Positions 30,324 through 40,339 of a stretch of DNA of 64,000 nucleotides are shown here, one piece after another. A program made the position numbers and the translations under genes. Position 1 is the stretch's first letter. Every line of letters starts with the position of its first letter. Source of the stretch: a virus; the IMG/VR virus record IMGVR_UViG_3300003690_000003, positions 106,862-170,861 of that record, one strand, 5' to 3'. Below the pieces are notes generated by a model, which was not told where the DNA came from, ran no database searches, and saw nothing but the letters and a program-made list of their open reading frames with translations.

Positions 30324-31262
30324 TTATCGAAGAACATACCCTACCCCGTCGACCCACTGGGCGCCCGTATTTTGCTGGACCTGGGCCCAACTTTGTCCGA
30401 CTCGATCTCGGGCGCTGGCTTGACATTGCTTTTGTGCTTCTGCCTCCAGGGCCTCGATTTTCCGACCCTCGGTCGCCTGTTCAACACATTGATTAAAAAT
30501 CACAGCCTCTGCTTCAAACCTTACCTGTTGCGGAGACACATTTTGAGTAGCTTCACTAACTTGCCTATTATAACCCTCGCATGCGACCTGATTGCCCGCA
30601 GCGCACTGCGCTTTAAGTGCTTTCAGAATAGGATCTTTTTCTGTCGCTACTATCTCAGCCAGCTCCTGCATCGTCTCTCCTTCTCCAATTCCTGTTTTCT
30701 TAGTACTAGAGTTAAACTTACTAACCAAACTACTATCTGATATATTCTCAGAAAACATATCAGAAATATTAATGCCGGTTGTTTTTATATAATCCCCTTT
30801 AGTGTGAGTAAGATTATCGTATCTTACCACTACAACATCTCCCCTCTCTGGTTCAGGGGATCCTTCTAACACTGTTGCTTTAAACGTAGGAAGCAGACTC
30901 ACATACATAGGATCTAAAACACTCAACTTTTTAAGATTCATATGTACTGTTGTAGGTCGAGATATAACGTAACATTTCAAATCAAACATTTTTTCTTGTG
31001 TTTTATCTATATCGGCTACTAAGCCTAAGTTTGGGTCATATGAAGACATCATTCCGGCGCTTCGTGGAAGCACGGCCATCACAACTGCTTCATCGTCGTC
31101 CGGTGGCAGCGCGTTTGGTACAAAGTAAGCGCTAGTGGCGCGCCCGGCGGCAGATAAGCTATTATCTAAACGCGTATCTATAAGTGGCTGATCAATCGGA
31201 GTGCCGTATGATTTTGTTTCATGTCTTTTTACAAATTCTAGGAATCTATTTGGGCGTGTCAT
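30324..31262 (-). CDS. hypothetical protein, possibly gp5 N-terminal OB-fold-like
   Basis: PEPERGDVVVVRY resembles the PxxGxxVxVxF motif of gp5/gpV OB folds; directly upstream of the spike gene. Confidence 0.35.
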   Translation of the reverse strand: MTRPNRFLEFVKRHETKSYGTPIDQPLIDTRLDNSLSAAGRATSAYFVPNALPPDDDEAVVMAVLPRSAGMMSSYDPNLGLVADIDKTQEKMFDLKCYVISRPTTVHMNLKKLSVLDPMYVSLLPTFKATVLEGSPEPERGDVVVVRYDNLTHTKGDYIKTTGINISDMFSENISDSSLVSKFNSSTKKTGIGEGETMQELAEIVATEKDPILKALKAQCAAGNQVACEGYNRQVSEATQNVSPQQVRFEAEAVIFNQCVEQATEGRKIEALEAEAQKQCQASARDRVGQSWAQVQQNTGAQWVDGVGYVLR

Positions 31263-31558
31263 TCTTGATTTTCCTTATCAAGCATATCATAGAGATCTGA
31301 TTTATCTTCTTCAGATAATCCATCCACTCCTCCTTGCTGCTTTTGAAGAAGTGCAGAAATCTTAACCATTTGCTCATTAGATCTTTGTAGATTTTCTACA
31401 TATTTGGCCGCTATAGCGCCAAGCTCTTTGCGCGCTGAGTCTGACATTTTCATATCATTCATCGCGTCTATAAGAAGCGACTTGGCAAGCGCGCGGTCTT
31501 CTCTAATATTGCGCGTAGCCTCTTGAATATATTCTTCTAGATTTCGCCGCTTTCCCAT
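31259..31558 (-). CDS. hypothetical helical protein
   Basis: 99-aa ORF overlapping both neighbours. Confidence 0.65.
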   Translation of the reverse strand: MGKRRNLEEYIQEATRNIREDRALAKSLLIDAMNDMKMSDSARKELGAIAAKYVENLQRSNEQMVKISALLQKQQGGVDGLSEEDKSDLYDMLDKENQE

Positions 31559-32247
31559 TTGTTTCTAAATACCTTATACTTTTTACGAAGTTTGTTTAAG
31601 TTATTAACTACTTGTTTTGTGTTAAGCCCAGTAATCTCCCGTAAGTATAAGTAAATAGCTTTTTTATTGAAAATTTCAATATCATTACATGACTCAAAAA
31701 GTATTTTCACAGCCTGAAGAACCTTCTTCTCATTTTCTTTGAGCATATCGCCGTCCCAATCGGACAGTTCCAAAAAAAAATTGTTCCAAAACTCTTGTTC
31801 TTCTCTTGTCTGATCATATTGTTTCTCTTTTGATATCACCTCTTCATGAAGTTGATTTATCATGTCTTCTAAGTATACTTCTTTTTTTGCGCGACGCGCG
31901 TTCTGTTTTACTTTATGGATAAACCAATTTTTAGTTACTACACTAAAATATGAAAAAGCTTTAGAGCCCTTGTTTGGATCATATTTATCCAATATTGTAG
32001 TAAGCCATATTTTACATTCATCTCGAAGAGAGTCGATATTTGGCAATGAAGTAAACCGATAAGTAAAAATTATCTTATTTACCATTTCATTAAATGCTGG
32101 CTGTATAAACGCAATATATAGTTCAGTTCGTCGCTCTATAGTACATGCTTCTTTGGCATATTCTACAATAGCATCTTCATGAATCTGTGTAAAATAATGA
32201 TTCTTACGCCTCTTATTCTTCTTCTTGAGGGGTGTTGGTTCCATCAT
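31537..32247 (-). CDS. phage RNA polymerase sigma factor, T4 gp55-like (late)
   Basis: NHYFTQ N-terminal motif and KYDPNKGSKAFSYFSVVTKNWF region-2 motif, comparable to the gp55-type YDPxKSxNPFAYFTQI; C-terminal HTH-like LREITGLNTKQVVNNLNKLRK. Confidence 0.7.
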   Translation of the reverse strand: MMEPTPLKKKNKRRKNHYFTQIHEDAIVEYAKEACTIERRTELYIAFIQPAFNEMVNKIIFTYRFTSLPNIDSLRDECKIWLTTILDKYDPNKGSKAFSYFSVVTKNWFIHKVKQNARRAKKEVYLEDMINQLHEEVISKEKQYDQTREEQEFWNNFFLELSDWDGDMLKENEKKVLQAVKILFESCNDIEIFNKKAIYLYLREITGLNTKQVVNNLNKLRKKYKVFRNKWESGEI

Positions 32248-32548
32248 CCTCTAAGTCCTCCTCTAATCTTTCTACATCCGTGGTGAGGCTATATATATCT
32301 TCAAATTTCCTCAACTCTTCACGAACAAATTTTGTCTTAATAACCAATTCTTCTAAGATCGGTTCTCCATGATACATATCCATTGCATATAAAGAACTAG
32401 TAAACTCCTCAAACACTCGAAAAACTACATATAAATCCCCCAAGTTATCTGAGGTATAAAGCAGCTTAGCTAACACTTTATAGACATACCAAATTAACAA
32501 AATATTTAATACTACAGATAAAATCAGTCCTAATATCAAATATGTCAT
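32213..32548 (-). CDS. hypothetical protein with N-terminal transmembrane helix
   Basis: LILGLILSVVLNILLIWYVY hydrophobic stretch; overlaps neighbours. Confidence 0.65.
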   Translation of the reverse strand: MTYLILGLILSVVLNILLIWYVYKVLAKLLYTSDNLGDLYVVFRVFEEFTSSLYAMDMYHGEPILEELVIKTKFVREELRKFEDIYSLTTDVERLEEDLEDDGTNTPQEEE

Positions 32549-32793
32549 CGTTGCGTGTCTAGATCCTTACGTTGCTTTTGTAGTTCTTGGCGAGATTCTT
32601 CGATAAACTCTTCTGTTATTTGACCCACTTTTTTAGTGGATTGCTTTTTAACCCCATAAGATGGCGTTGTTAAAAGCTTTGTTAACATATCTTGCACACC
32701 ACATTTTTCACACACCTGTAGTATATCACTAAGGCCATGCATTGTTAAGTATTCAATATTACAGGCGCCACACTTATAGGCATAGCGCGGCAT
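32545..32793 (-). CDS. FmdB-family zinc-ribbon protein
   Basis: MPRYAYKCGAC...CEKCG...KLL signature. Confidence 0.8.
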   Translation of the reverse strand: MPRYAYKCGACNIEYLTMHGLSDILQVCEKCGVQDMLTKLLTTPSYGVKKQSTKKVGQITEEFIEESRQELQKQRKDLDTQR

Positions 32794-33011
32794 TAGTTTT
32801 CTTCTGTTAATACTTCATCAACAAAATCTGGTACATTGGCTACTGTAGTTCCATCAAAACTAACTACAGGAGGATTTACCACAAACAGATCGCCACTATC
32901 GTCAAGCTCCCAGTCGGTTTCTTGCAACAGTTCTACAATGTCCGTTTCCTCTAAAAGACACTTCTGTAGTGTCATCATCAATGCCCCTAGGGCTTGGTTA
33001 CTAAGTTTCAT
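32793..33011 (-). CDS. hypothetical protein
   Basis: 72 aa, AGGAG RBS, coupled to the next gene. Confidence 0.65.
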   Translation of the reverse strand: MKLSNQALGALMMTLQKCLLEETDIVELLQETDWELDDSGDLFVVNPPVVSFDGTTVANVPDFVDEVLTEEN

Positions 33012-33077
33012 TTTTTCTCCTTCTGTATGCTTTCCTGTGACGGAAAGTCATAGTATATATTTTATCAGTGTGCATTA

Positions 33078-33833
33078 CTATTTGGTTCCTCGTATGGCAG
33101 GGTCAATATTATAAGCCTTAAAAAGTGGCTGTAGCTCCTGTTCATAATGAGAGGTAAGCCAACATGCCTTCCTTCCCAATGAACCACCGGTAATAGCGGT
33201 GGCCATATATGGAAATACGCTCGAATCATAGTGTAGGTTCCCTCGTTTGGGCTCTCCGCTATATGTGTAACACCCCCTAATACCCATACGTATGCATGCG
33301 TGTGATCCCCGAACTTCGCTATCTTGAATATTTCGTGGGGCAAAAAACTTAAAAAGATTCAGTAAGCGATCCTTTTTCCAGATTGCAGCTTGAGTAGAAT
33401 AGATATATGTCGACCGGGGCGCCGAAGATATTTCAAATAAATCCAGCTCTTCAGAAACTTTCTGGTCCGGGAGTCGGGGATCGATCCCTGACTTTATTAG
33501 GCGTACAAAGCTGTAATCGGATTCCTTAAGAAACTGATTAATGGCACGAATTTTTTCTTCTTGTGCGTCATCATAAAGTATAAAATCTTCAAACATTACT
33601 AACACATGTTCTTCTTTCACCTGTGACATCGACTCAATAAACCTTTTACAATACACCTCTTCTTCATTATTTAGGACCTGGATACAGTTTGTCGGCAGCG
33701 TCTCAGCATGGTGGGGTATTAATACTGTCTTCTTGTCAAAAAACGGCGCATGTTTTTCAAGCTGTCCAAAAAACATAGACCATACATCCGCATAGCTGGG
33801 GTGAGTCCACACTACTAATCTTAAATTATCCAT
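33078..33833 (-). CDS. putative glycosyltransferase (GT-A-like fold)
   Basis: HVLVMFEDFIL (DxD-like) and STQAAIWKK motifs; last gene of the sugar cluster. Confidence 0.5.
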   Translation of the reverse strand: MDNLRLVVWTHPSYADVWSMFFGQLEKHAPFFDKKTVLIPHHAETLPTNCIQVLNNEEEVYCKRFIESMSQVKEEHVLVMFEDFILYDDAQEEKIRAINQFLKESDYSFVRLIKSGIDPRLPDQKVSEELDLFEISSAPRSTYIYSTQAAIWKKDRLLNLFKFFAPRNIQDSEVRGSHACIRMGIRGCYTYSGEPKRGNLHYDSSVFPYMATAITGGSLGRKACWLTSHYEQELQPLFKAYNIDPAIRGTK

Positions 33834-33842
33834 GTTCTATGC

Positions 33843-34205
33843 TTATATTTCCAATCCCAAAAGTCCCTTATTTCTATCAAGGTTTATAGCTACAGCATAG
33901 TCTTCGTTCCCGTCGGGCTTTCGATCGTTTACTAAATATCTTTTACCGCCCCCAACTCCCAGAATAAGCTGATCATAAATAATACCTAGTTGTGACAGCT
34001 GTCTTTCTGTTTGGGACCGGGACCCTTCTCTGCGCCCAGATACTAATATAATATTATAACCTTTTTTGTCCCATTCTAATAATGTTTCAACTGTTCCAGA
34101 TAAAAGCTTTGGATTAAAATCTGGTTTGGTTGTTTCCGTGGCAGCGCCATGTTCTATCAATGTTCCGTCGATATCACAAAATATTGTTTTTGCCCTATTA
34201 TCCAT
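33843..34205 (-). CDS. capless HAD-family phosphatase
   Basis: IFCDIDGTL motif I, LVSGR motif II, LVNDRK. Confidence 0.8.
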   Translation of the reverse strand: MDNRAKTIFCDIDGTLIEHGAATETTKPDFNPKLLSGTVETLLEWDKKGYNIILVSGRREGSRSQTERQLSQLGIIYDQLILGVGGGKRYLVNDRKPDGNEDYAVAINLDRNKGLLGLEI

Positions 34206-35169
34206 AAAATAAGCTTCCTAGCTTGTTCTTAATATTGTATTTTATTTCAGTATCAATATCTTCAAAATTAGATTTAATTCTTTCTAGGAAATCTAGTTGA
34301 GATAATATATAATGACCGCATATATTTATAAGCTCTTCTTTATTTACTGTGGGATCATAATAATCGTCTACCCACTTTTTCCAACGTCTAGAGTCATAGC
34401 ATATCTGCCAAAATACGTCAAGAAGTTCAGGCTTTTCATTTTTAATTTTATGTAGATATGTTTTAGTTTCTATCTGTCCGAATTCTGGGGCTATATTAAT
34501 TGAATCTAGGCCAAGTGAAAACTTTTCGTGAATCAGCGCTGGTGGCAAATAGTCACCATTGTGTTCCTTCGCAAACATTCCATGCTGATGTACTATTTTA
34601 AGCATTCCTTTAAGTCGCTCCTTGCCATATACTCCTGTGTTTTCATTTCCTTGCAACGATGTACCTGATTGTATCACACAATATTTAATTTTTTCATATT
34701 CTGCTGCTTTAAGCTTCCGCTCTAAATCTTTTAATAGCCTGCCGACCTCGGAGGTACTAAAATGTCTGATTGCTTCCTCTGTTCCCACTTCAAAAAATAT
34801 CTTCGAGTTTCGTTGATAACAATATTTAATCATTTCAACTGTCCACTGCAAACCATCTTCATAAACGGGATATTTTTTCCAAGGATCAATGTGAATCATA
34901 TCTAAATATTTGCAATCTACCTCTAAAGAATCATAACCGTCATCATCACAAAGCCCCTGGCCGGGGCCGGCATGATCGCGAGTGATGAACTGCCGCGGCA
35001 TATATCTGCGAAAGGTTTTGGTCGACCACCCATTTACATAGCCTCCTTGGGTGGCAACTTGACGACGAGAAGGGATAAATCCTATACGATGGCCTGTCTC
35101 GTTGCAAAACTCTACTACAGAGTCTACAACATTTTTTGACATTGGGCCAATAAAATATTTAATCGACAT
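34198..35169 (-). CDS. GatZ/KbaZ-like TIM-barrel protein (putative ketose-phosphate epimerase)
   Basis: RDHAGP, IHIDP, EVGTEE, VIQSGT, KEHNGDY and NIAPEFG parallel the GatZ motifs DHxGP, IHLD, IGTE, VVQPG, EAHSTDY, KVGP. Confidence 0.65.
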   Translation of the reverse strand: MSIKYFIGPMSKNVVDSVVEFCNETGHRIGFIPSRRQVATQGGYVNGWSTKTFRRYMPRQFITRDHAGPGQGLCDDDGYDSLEVDCKYLDMIHIDPWKKYPVYEDGLQWTVEMIKYCYQRNSKIFFEVGTEEAIRHFSTSEVGRLLKDLERKLKAAEYEKIKYCVIQSGTSLQGNENTGVYGKERLKGMLKIVHQHGMFAKEHNGDYLPPALIHEKFSLGLDSINIAPEFGQIETKTYLHKIKNEKPELLDVFWQICYDSRRWKKWVDDYYDPTVNKEELINICGHYILSQLDFLERIKSNFEDIDTEIKYNIKNKLGSLFYG

Positions 35170-36721
35170 TTTCCAGTGTTCTTTTCAAACTCAGCTTCCC
35201 AAAATTAAATAAAAATTTGTTAAAAGGATATTTATGCAATGGCGCCATGTTTATCCATATAATCGCCGTCAGCACCTCTACCTTTTGAAAATCATATCCA
35301 TTATCAATAATAAATTTTTTCAATATCTTTTTACACTCTAAAAGTTTAGAGTTACACAAAATATAACAGTTATCGACTGAACTATTAAACATCTTCTTGT
35401 TTACAATTTCATGATTAATACTCAGATTGTGATTCAGCTTAGCCAAATCATAATATATGTCCCCAATCGATAAATGACCTCCGAAATCTTGACGCCAATC
35501 GAGTAAACAGAAGCCATCCTCCGTTTCAAGAATATTGTCTAATATAAAATCTCCATGGAACTGTACAGGAACCCCCGCGCATAACCATTTCAAATCGATT
35601 TTATTGAAAAGCTCTTTAATAGGAGGGACCGCTTCTCCATTAATCAGCACCGACACGTCGGAGTTTTTCTCTAAAAATGTATTAATACGTGAAAATGTTT
35701 TATCGACGTAAAACCGACGACATATCTCATCAAAGGCATCACACTCTTTTTTTAACCACAGCCGCTCTTTTGACCACTCTAGAAGGCGCCAAAACTTCTC
35801 GCGGGTAACTGACTTAGAAAACAAACTCCCTGGGACCAACTCATACTTATAAAAGTTATTTCCTGTGGCCACGACGCGAGGTACCAAGCCAGCAAGACGT
35901 TTGGCACGCTGAATACGATTTTGATTAATCTCGGCATTGGCAAAAAACTTTATAACGTGCTTCTCAAAAAAGTAAATCGATTCCTCCTTTTTTTCCAGCA
36001 CGTCGGTCGTGGTCGTAAAGTGTTGTCGAGCCCTTTCTAGTTCTCCTACGTTGCCAATATCAATCCACCCATGTGCCTCAACAAACTTAACTGGAGCCGC
36101 CGAAGTCTCCAACATACGGTTGATTACATTTCCTTCAAACAAAGAAGTGCTATCCCCTTCCGCGTGATATAATTTTTCTAGCTCCTCCCAAAACAAAATA
36201 TAATCTTTAATCCCGCATAGTCCTACATATGCAAAATCATAATGAAGCTCTCCTTTCTCTTTAATTTTTACTACTGCGCCCCTGTCAACCAACAGGGTGC
36301 TATATTGCGAAGCGTCATTTTTTTGCTCTCCAACACAAAAATTCTCACCACTTTGAACACACTCCAATAAAAATGTACTATCCTTAAAGAAAGTATCACA
36401 TGCATTAAATATGAAAGGGCACTGAAGTTCTTCCTTGGCTTGTAAAATAGAATAAGCAAGGCTCGACCCGGGACCATTATAGTTATCCACCCACACAAAA
36501 GCACAGTTTAACTGCGGATATGCCATTTCTACAAACTCTTTTACATATAAACCATAGTGTCCTAGCGTAATCACGAACTCTGTGCCAGCTGGATATCCTT
36601 CTATAATATATGAAATAGCTGGTTTGTCCCCTATGCGAACAAGTGCCTTGTTGGTAAAATCGGTAAGATCACCAAGGCGGCTCCCAACTCCGCTTGTTGT
36701 TATTAATACTTTATATTGCAC
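35159..36721 (-). CDS. sugar nucleotidyltransferase fused to an APH/choline-kinase-like phosphotransferase
   Basis: N-terminal SGVGSRL...NKALVRI and WIDIGN (NTP transferase); C-terminal FHGDFILDNI...LLDWR...DIYYDLAKL (APH-like kinase); GTG start. Confidence 0.85.
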   Translation of the reverse strand: MQYKVLITTSGVGSRLGDLTDFTNKALVRIGDKPAISYIIEGYPAGTEFVITLGHYGLYVKEFVEMAYPQLNCAFVWVDNYNGPGSSLAYSILQAKEELQCPFIFNACDTFFKDSTFLLECVQSGENFCVGEQKNDASQYSTLLVDRGAVVKIKEKGELHYDFAYVGLCGIKDYILFWEELEKLYHAEGDSTSLFEGNVINRMLETSAAPVKFVEAHGWIDIGNVGELERARQHFTTTTDVLEKKEESIYFFEKHVIKFFANAEINQNRIQRAKRLAGLVPRVVATGNNFYKYELVPGSLFSKSVTREKFWRLLEWSKERLWLKKECDAFDEICRRFYVDKTFSRINTFLEKNSDVSVLINGEAVPPIKELFNKIDLKWLCAGVPVQFHGDFILDNILETEDGFCLLDWRQDFGGHLSIGDIYYDLAKLNHNLSINHEIVNKKMFNSSVDNCYILCNSKLLECKKILKKFIIDNGYDFQKVEVLTAIIWINMAPLHKYPFNKFLFNFGKLSLKRTLENVD

Positions 36722-37075
36722 TTAGTCGGACACTCTCTTATAGTCATCTTCGAAGCGAACTATATCATCTTCACCAAAATATTCTCCCCGCTGCACTTCA
36801 ATAAAAACCAAGTTGTCTTGGCCCGTATTGCGTATACGATGCTTTGCTTCTACAGGGACGCGTACAACATCTCCGGCCTTAACCTCGGACGTAACATCAT
36901 CCAATGTTAGGCGCCCCCCTCCTTGAACTATAATCCATGTTTCATCGCGCTTGTGATGTAGCTGGTAACTGGGGGCATGCCCTGGATATACCACTATTTC
37001 CTTCACCTTACAGTAGCTTGTATCCAAAAGGTTTTCGAATGTTCCCCATGGGCGCGCTTCCTTATAGTGTGTCAT
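36722..37075 (-). CDS. cupin, type II phosphomannose-isomerase C-terminal-like
   Basis: RPWG...SYQLHHKRDETW...KHRIRN...FIEVQRGEYFGEDDIVRFEDDY. Confidence 0.9.
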   Translation of the reverse strand: MTHYKEARPWGTFENLLDTSYCKVKEIVVYPGHAPSYQLHHKRDETWIIVQGGGRLTLDDVTSEVKAGDVVRVPVEAKHRIRNTGQDNLVFIEVQRGEYFGEDDIVRFEDDYKRVSD

Positions 37076-38244
37076 GGGACGAATTTAATCTTGGGATTTA
37101 TATTAGTAAGGATGTCATGTTTTATTTCCTCGTTATAAACGCCAGCCCTTAAGATTACTATAGCACTATCTTCGTTGCTCAACGCGGCCGGAGACGCTAC
37201 CTGAAGATGTGTGCCATAAAGTCGTTTACCGTGTTTTTTAACATCGTTATCTAAGATGCTAACTATCTTGTCTGTTTGCAGTCCGTGGGCTATCAACCAC
37301 TGCGAAAACACATGCCCTCCAAATAGATATATCGGCGCTGTGGCCTCCTTGACTAAAATATTAAGCTCTTGGGATAATTGCGCGTCGGCTTTTATGTACT
37401 TCATCCACAACTCTTTATGATTCTCATAAAGCTTTGGGGGTAGTTCGGATGGTCGTCTGCTGTTGCTAGTTTTTTTAATACCATAAAAAATACTATGATC
37501 ATCTCTAAAATATTCTTTTTCAACAACTTCAAACCCATAGGTTTCTATAAAATAATCGACGTATACCTCATCTAAGAAATATGTGTGCTCAAAATTTAAA
37601 CAATTAGAGTAGTTTTTTTCTAACATCGCTCTCATATTGGGGATAGAAAAAAACGACAGGTCCCCTATCTTCATAAATGTCGCTTTGTCGCGCATAAAAC
37701 GATGAGGAGAATATACATGCTCGAATACGTGTGAATGTACTATCGTATCATATCTTTCGGTCGCTTTAAAATTCTCATTAAACCACCCTTTAATAAGGTG
37801 CAGAGGCTCCTTAATATTCTCACTTGGATTGGGCTCCACAATCGTCCACTTCAACTCCGGACGATTGTTTAGAATTAGGCGCCCTAAATAACCATGTAAC
37901 CCTCCTATTTCCAATATGCTATTGGTCTTATCAGGCTGTCGTAAAATAAATCTAGAAAAAGCTTCGTGATGTCGGCGCCAAAGCTCTCCTACCGTCCCCG
38001 AGCCATGGCCTTTTTTATATACTATTTCCAAAGGTAAAACAGGATCAAGCTGAATCATTCCAGACTTGCGACTAATCCACCAACTCATCGACGAAACTAA
38101 ATCATCTTCTGGTGACGTGTTATCACACCCCATAAAAACAGGAAAATTTGAAAAGGTGCACAGATGCTCCATATCTGTAGAGTTCGTAATTAAATCAGAG
38201 CCTCTTGGGATACCTGTTATAACATTTGTCTTATCTTTTTTCAT
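37072..38244 (-). CDS. class I SAM-dependent methyltransferase (NDP-sugar methyltransferase-like)
   Basis: ILEIGGLHG, HSHVFEHV, FEHTYF and a C-terminal Rossmann domain (ILDNDVKKHGKRLYGT) as in sugar C-methyltransferases. Confidence 0.75.
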   Translation of the reverse strand: MKKDKTNVITGIPRGSDLITNSTDMEHLCTFSNFPVFMGCDNTSPEDDLVSSMSWWISRKSGMIQLDPVLPLEIVYKKGHGSGTVGELWRRHHEAFSRFILRQPDKTNSILEIGGLHGYLGRLILNNRPELKWTIVEPNPSENIKEPLHLIKGWFNENFKATERYDTIVHSHVFEHVYSPHRFMRDKATFMKIGDLSFFSIPNMRAMLEKNYSNCLNFEHTYFLDEVYVDYFIETYGFEVVEKEYFRDDHSIFYGIKKTSNSRRPSELPPKLYENHKELWMKYIKADAQLSQELNILVKEATAPIYLFGGHVFSQWLIAHGLQTDKIVSILDNDVKKHGKRLYGTHLQVASPAALSNEDSAIVILRAGVYNEEIKHDILTNINPKIKFVP

Positions 38245-40003
38245 TTTTTTCCCAACTCAAAAACTTATCAAAGACATATTCAGCCGGCGGATTAGCTCCG
38301 TGTTCAGATAAAAAAAGCACCGAAGTTTCAAATGGATTCCAACTATCTTTATATCTAGTCAGATTGACCGGCATTGAGAACGCACTTGTGTTCCAATCGG
38401 CCCAGACTATCTGTGGACACCCACATAGGCTTGCTAAATGCATCGGTCCAGAAGAAGTTCCAAAAATGCATGCTGCGCTAGCCAAAGTGTTTAAAAGTTC
38501 CTTCGATTCACACTCTCGCATGTCCGCGGAACCTTCGACAAACATGGATTCTTCTTTGGTTCCAATACATACTACATTATAGCCCACCGAATGAAGTTTT
38601 TTAATTAAGTCTTCCCACTTGTCACGGCTCCAATTGTCATTGGGGCGCAAGCTTCTATTCCGAGCATGAATAACAACAGCTTTTTCCTCTTTTGTTTTCT
38701 CTCCTAGCTTTTTATACTCAGGGGGAAGGAAGTGTTGTGCTATCTGGATTTTTTCAGTAATCGGAGTATAGGGAGGGTTTCCAACTCTTCGCGGGCCCAC
38801 AACCGATACGGCCGACTCTTGCGGATCGATTTTTAGAGATTCCAGAGTCTCTTTAACTATGGCCCCTAGCGGCGGGATGCCCGTACGATGAAAGGTGTCT
38901 CGGGGCCCTGCGTTTTCAGGATCAAAAGGAACAAATATATCACAAAAATCATCATATAAAAAGCGCGAATGTTTTGAAGACACACATACGGTTTTATCAT
39001 AAAACGCAGAAAGGCTTCTAATATATCCCTGCCACGCAAACAATTCCCACCCAAACTCTCCGACCCACGGACCAGCAAGTAAAATGGTTTCTTTTTCTTT
39101 CTTGTGTCTCGGCGAAAAGTCAAATCTTTCTAATAAGCGCAACGTTTCGGCAGCCCAGTTCTTTCTGGTATATTGCTGGACTGTCACTCTACCTTGTTTT
39201 CCTATCCTCTCTCTTTCTTTGGGATTCTCTAGATAAAATGCAATCTTTTTATTTAAATCATCATAGTCTTTAAAAATAACGAGGTCTTCGCCGTCCGTAA
39301 AAAAATCTTCCCTGTCGTTCCAATCATCTGATATCAAAAATCCGGCGGCGGCTAGAACCTTAAAAACCCGATCTGACTGACCCCCTGTCGTACAAAAATT
39401 AAGATTAATCTTGGACTGCGATACCGCCATGGAGTGTTGCTCAGCAAAAACATTGTTTATTACGCTAATAGAGTATTTGATTTGTTCCATCTTGGATTTT
39501 CGATCGCCGTACAGCGTCCCTATAAAACTAACATCATAAATCTTTTCTAGATTTCGCGGCTTCTCAAGAGCGCTATCAAAGCCATCTGTTACCAAAAACG
39601 AGTTTTTATTAAGCTCTAATGCTTTATCTAACACATTCTTCTTATCACATGTAAAAAAGTCTGCCACTCTTGTCTTGTCGTAGAATTCTTCGTATGAATA
39701 TGTAGCAAGAGGATCAGCAAACCAATAGCATAAAGGAGCAAGTTTTTTACACTCTTTAAAAACTCGAATGCTTATACCGTTACATTTAGAAAAAATTATA
39801 AAATCGGGAGCCCAGCTTTTACAAAAGCGAATAATTTCATCATCCCTTTTAGAGGAAATAAAAGGATTCCCTTCTAAAGTATGCCCGCGAGTTCGATAGT
39901 TATAAGCAACCACTGTGTGTCCCGCGTTTTGTAGCTCCCTCAGCTTTGCGTTATCAGCACTTTGATGTATATTATCAAAAACGGCGCTATAAAATATTTT
40001 CAT
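38231..40003 (-). CDS. two-domain glycosyltransferase: CgeB/GT1-like plus GT9 (heptosyltransferase-like)
   Basis: DVSFIG, SKINLN, SDRVFKVLAAAGFLISD (CgeB-type); GEFGWE and FGTSSGPMHLASLCGCP (GT9 DSGPMHLA motif). Confidence 0.8.
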   Translation of the reverse strand: MKIFYSAVFDNIHQSADNAKLRELQNAGHTVVAYNYRTRGHTLEGNPFISSKRDDEIIRFCKSWAPDFIIFSKCNGISIRVFKECKKLAPLCYWFADPLATYSYEEFYDKTRVADFFTCDKKNVLDKALELNKNSFLVTDGFDSALEKPRNLEKIYDVSFIGTLYGDRKSKMEQIKYSISVINNVFAEQHSMAVSQSKINLNFCTTGGQSDRVFKVLAAAGFLISDDWNDREDFFTDGEDLVIFKDYDDLNKKIAFYLENPKERERIGKQGRVTVQQYTRKNWAAETLRLLERFDFSPRHKKEKETILLAGPWVGEFGWELFAWQGYIRSLSAFYDKTVCVSSKHSRFLYDDFCDIFVPFDPENAGPRDTFHRTGIPPLGAIVKETLESLKIDPQESAVSVVGPRRVGNPPYTPITEKIQIAQHFLPPEYKKLGEKTKEEKAVVIHARNRSLRPNDNWSRDKWEDLIKKLHSVGYNVVCIGTKEESMFVEGSADMRECESKELLNTLASAACIFGTSSGPMHLASLCGCPQIVWADWNTSAFSMPVNLTRYKDSWNPFETSVLFLSEHGANPPAEYVFDKFLSWEKNEKR

Positions 40004-40009
40004 ACCACT

Positions 40010-40339
40010 CTACTTTTTAAAAAACTCACTATCAAGAATTCCTTTATCATCAACATATATATCGGCGGCCGGCTTACCTAGAAAGAGAGCATGATATTTA
40101 AGACCCCACTCGTTTAGTTGATTTTCTGTAAAAGAATACATTTGTTTGTATGCCTCAATTTGATTGTTACTGCTTCTTCCCATCCCCCGCGCAGTCAAAA
40201 AAAATATTGTATGGCCATTCTGATATAGATCATTTACTTTCTGGATACGCTTCCGATCGGGAATTGAATTAATGTAATCGCTCCCGTTTGTCTGACAGAT
40301 TGTTCCATCGATATCAAAAACATAAGTTATTTTATCCAC
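40010..40339 (-). CDS. capless HAD phosphatase (EcbF/BcbF-like capsule-biosynthesis type)
   Basis: YVFDIDGTIC, LTARGM, LGKPAADIYVDDKG. Confidence 0.85.
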   Translation of the reverse strand: MDKITYVFDIDGTICQTNGSDYINSIPDRKRIQKVNDLYQNGHTIFFLTARGMGRSSNNQIEAYKQMYSFTENQLNEWGLKYHALFLGKPAADIYVDDKGILDSEFFKK

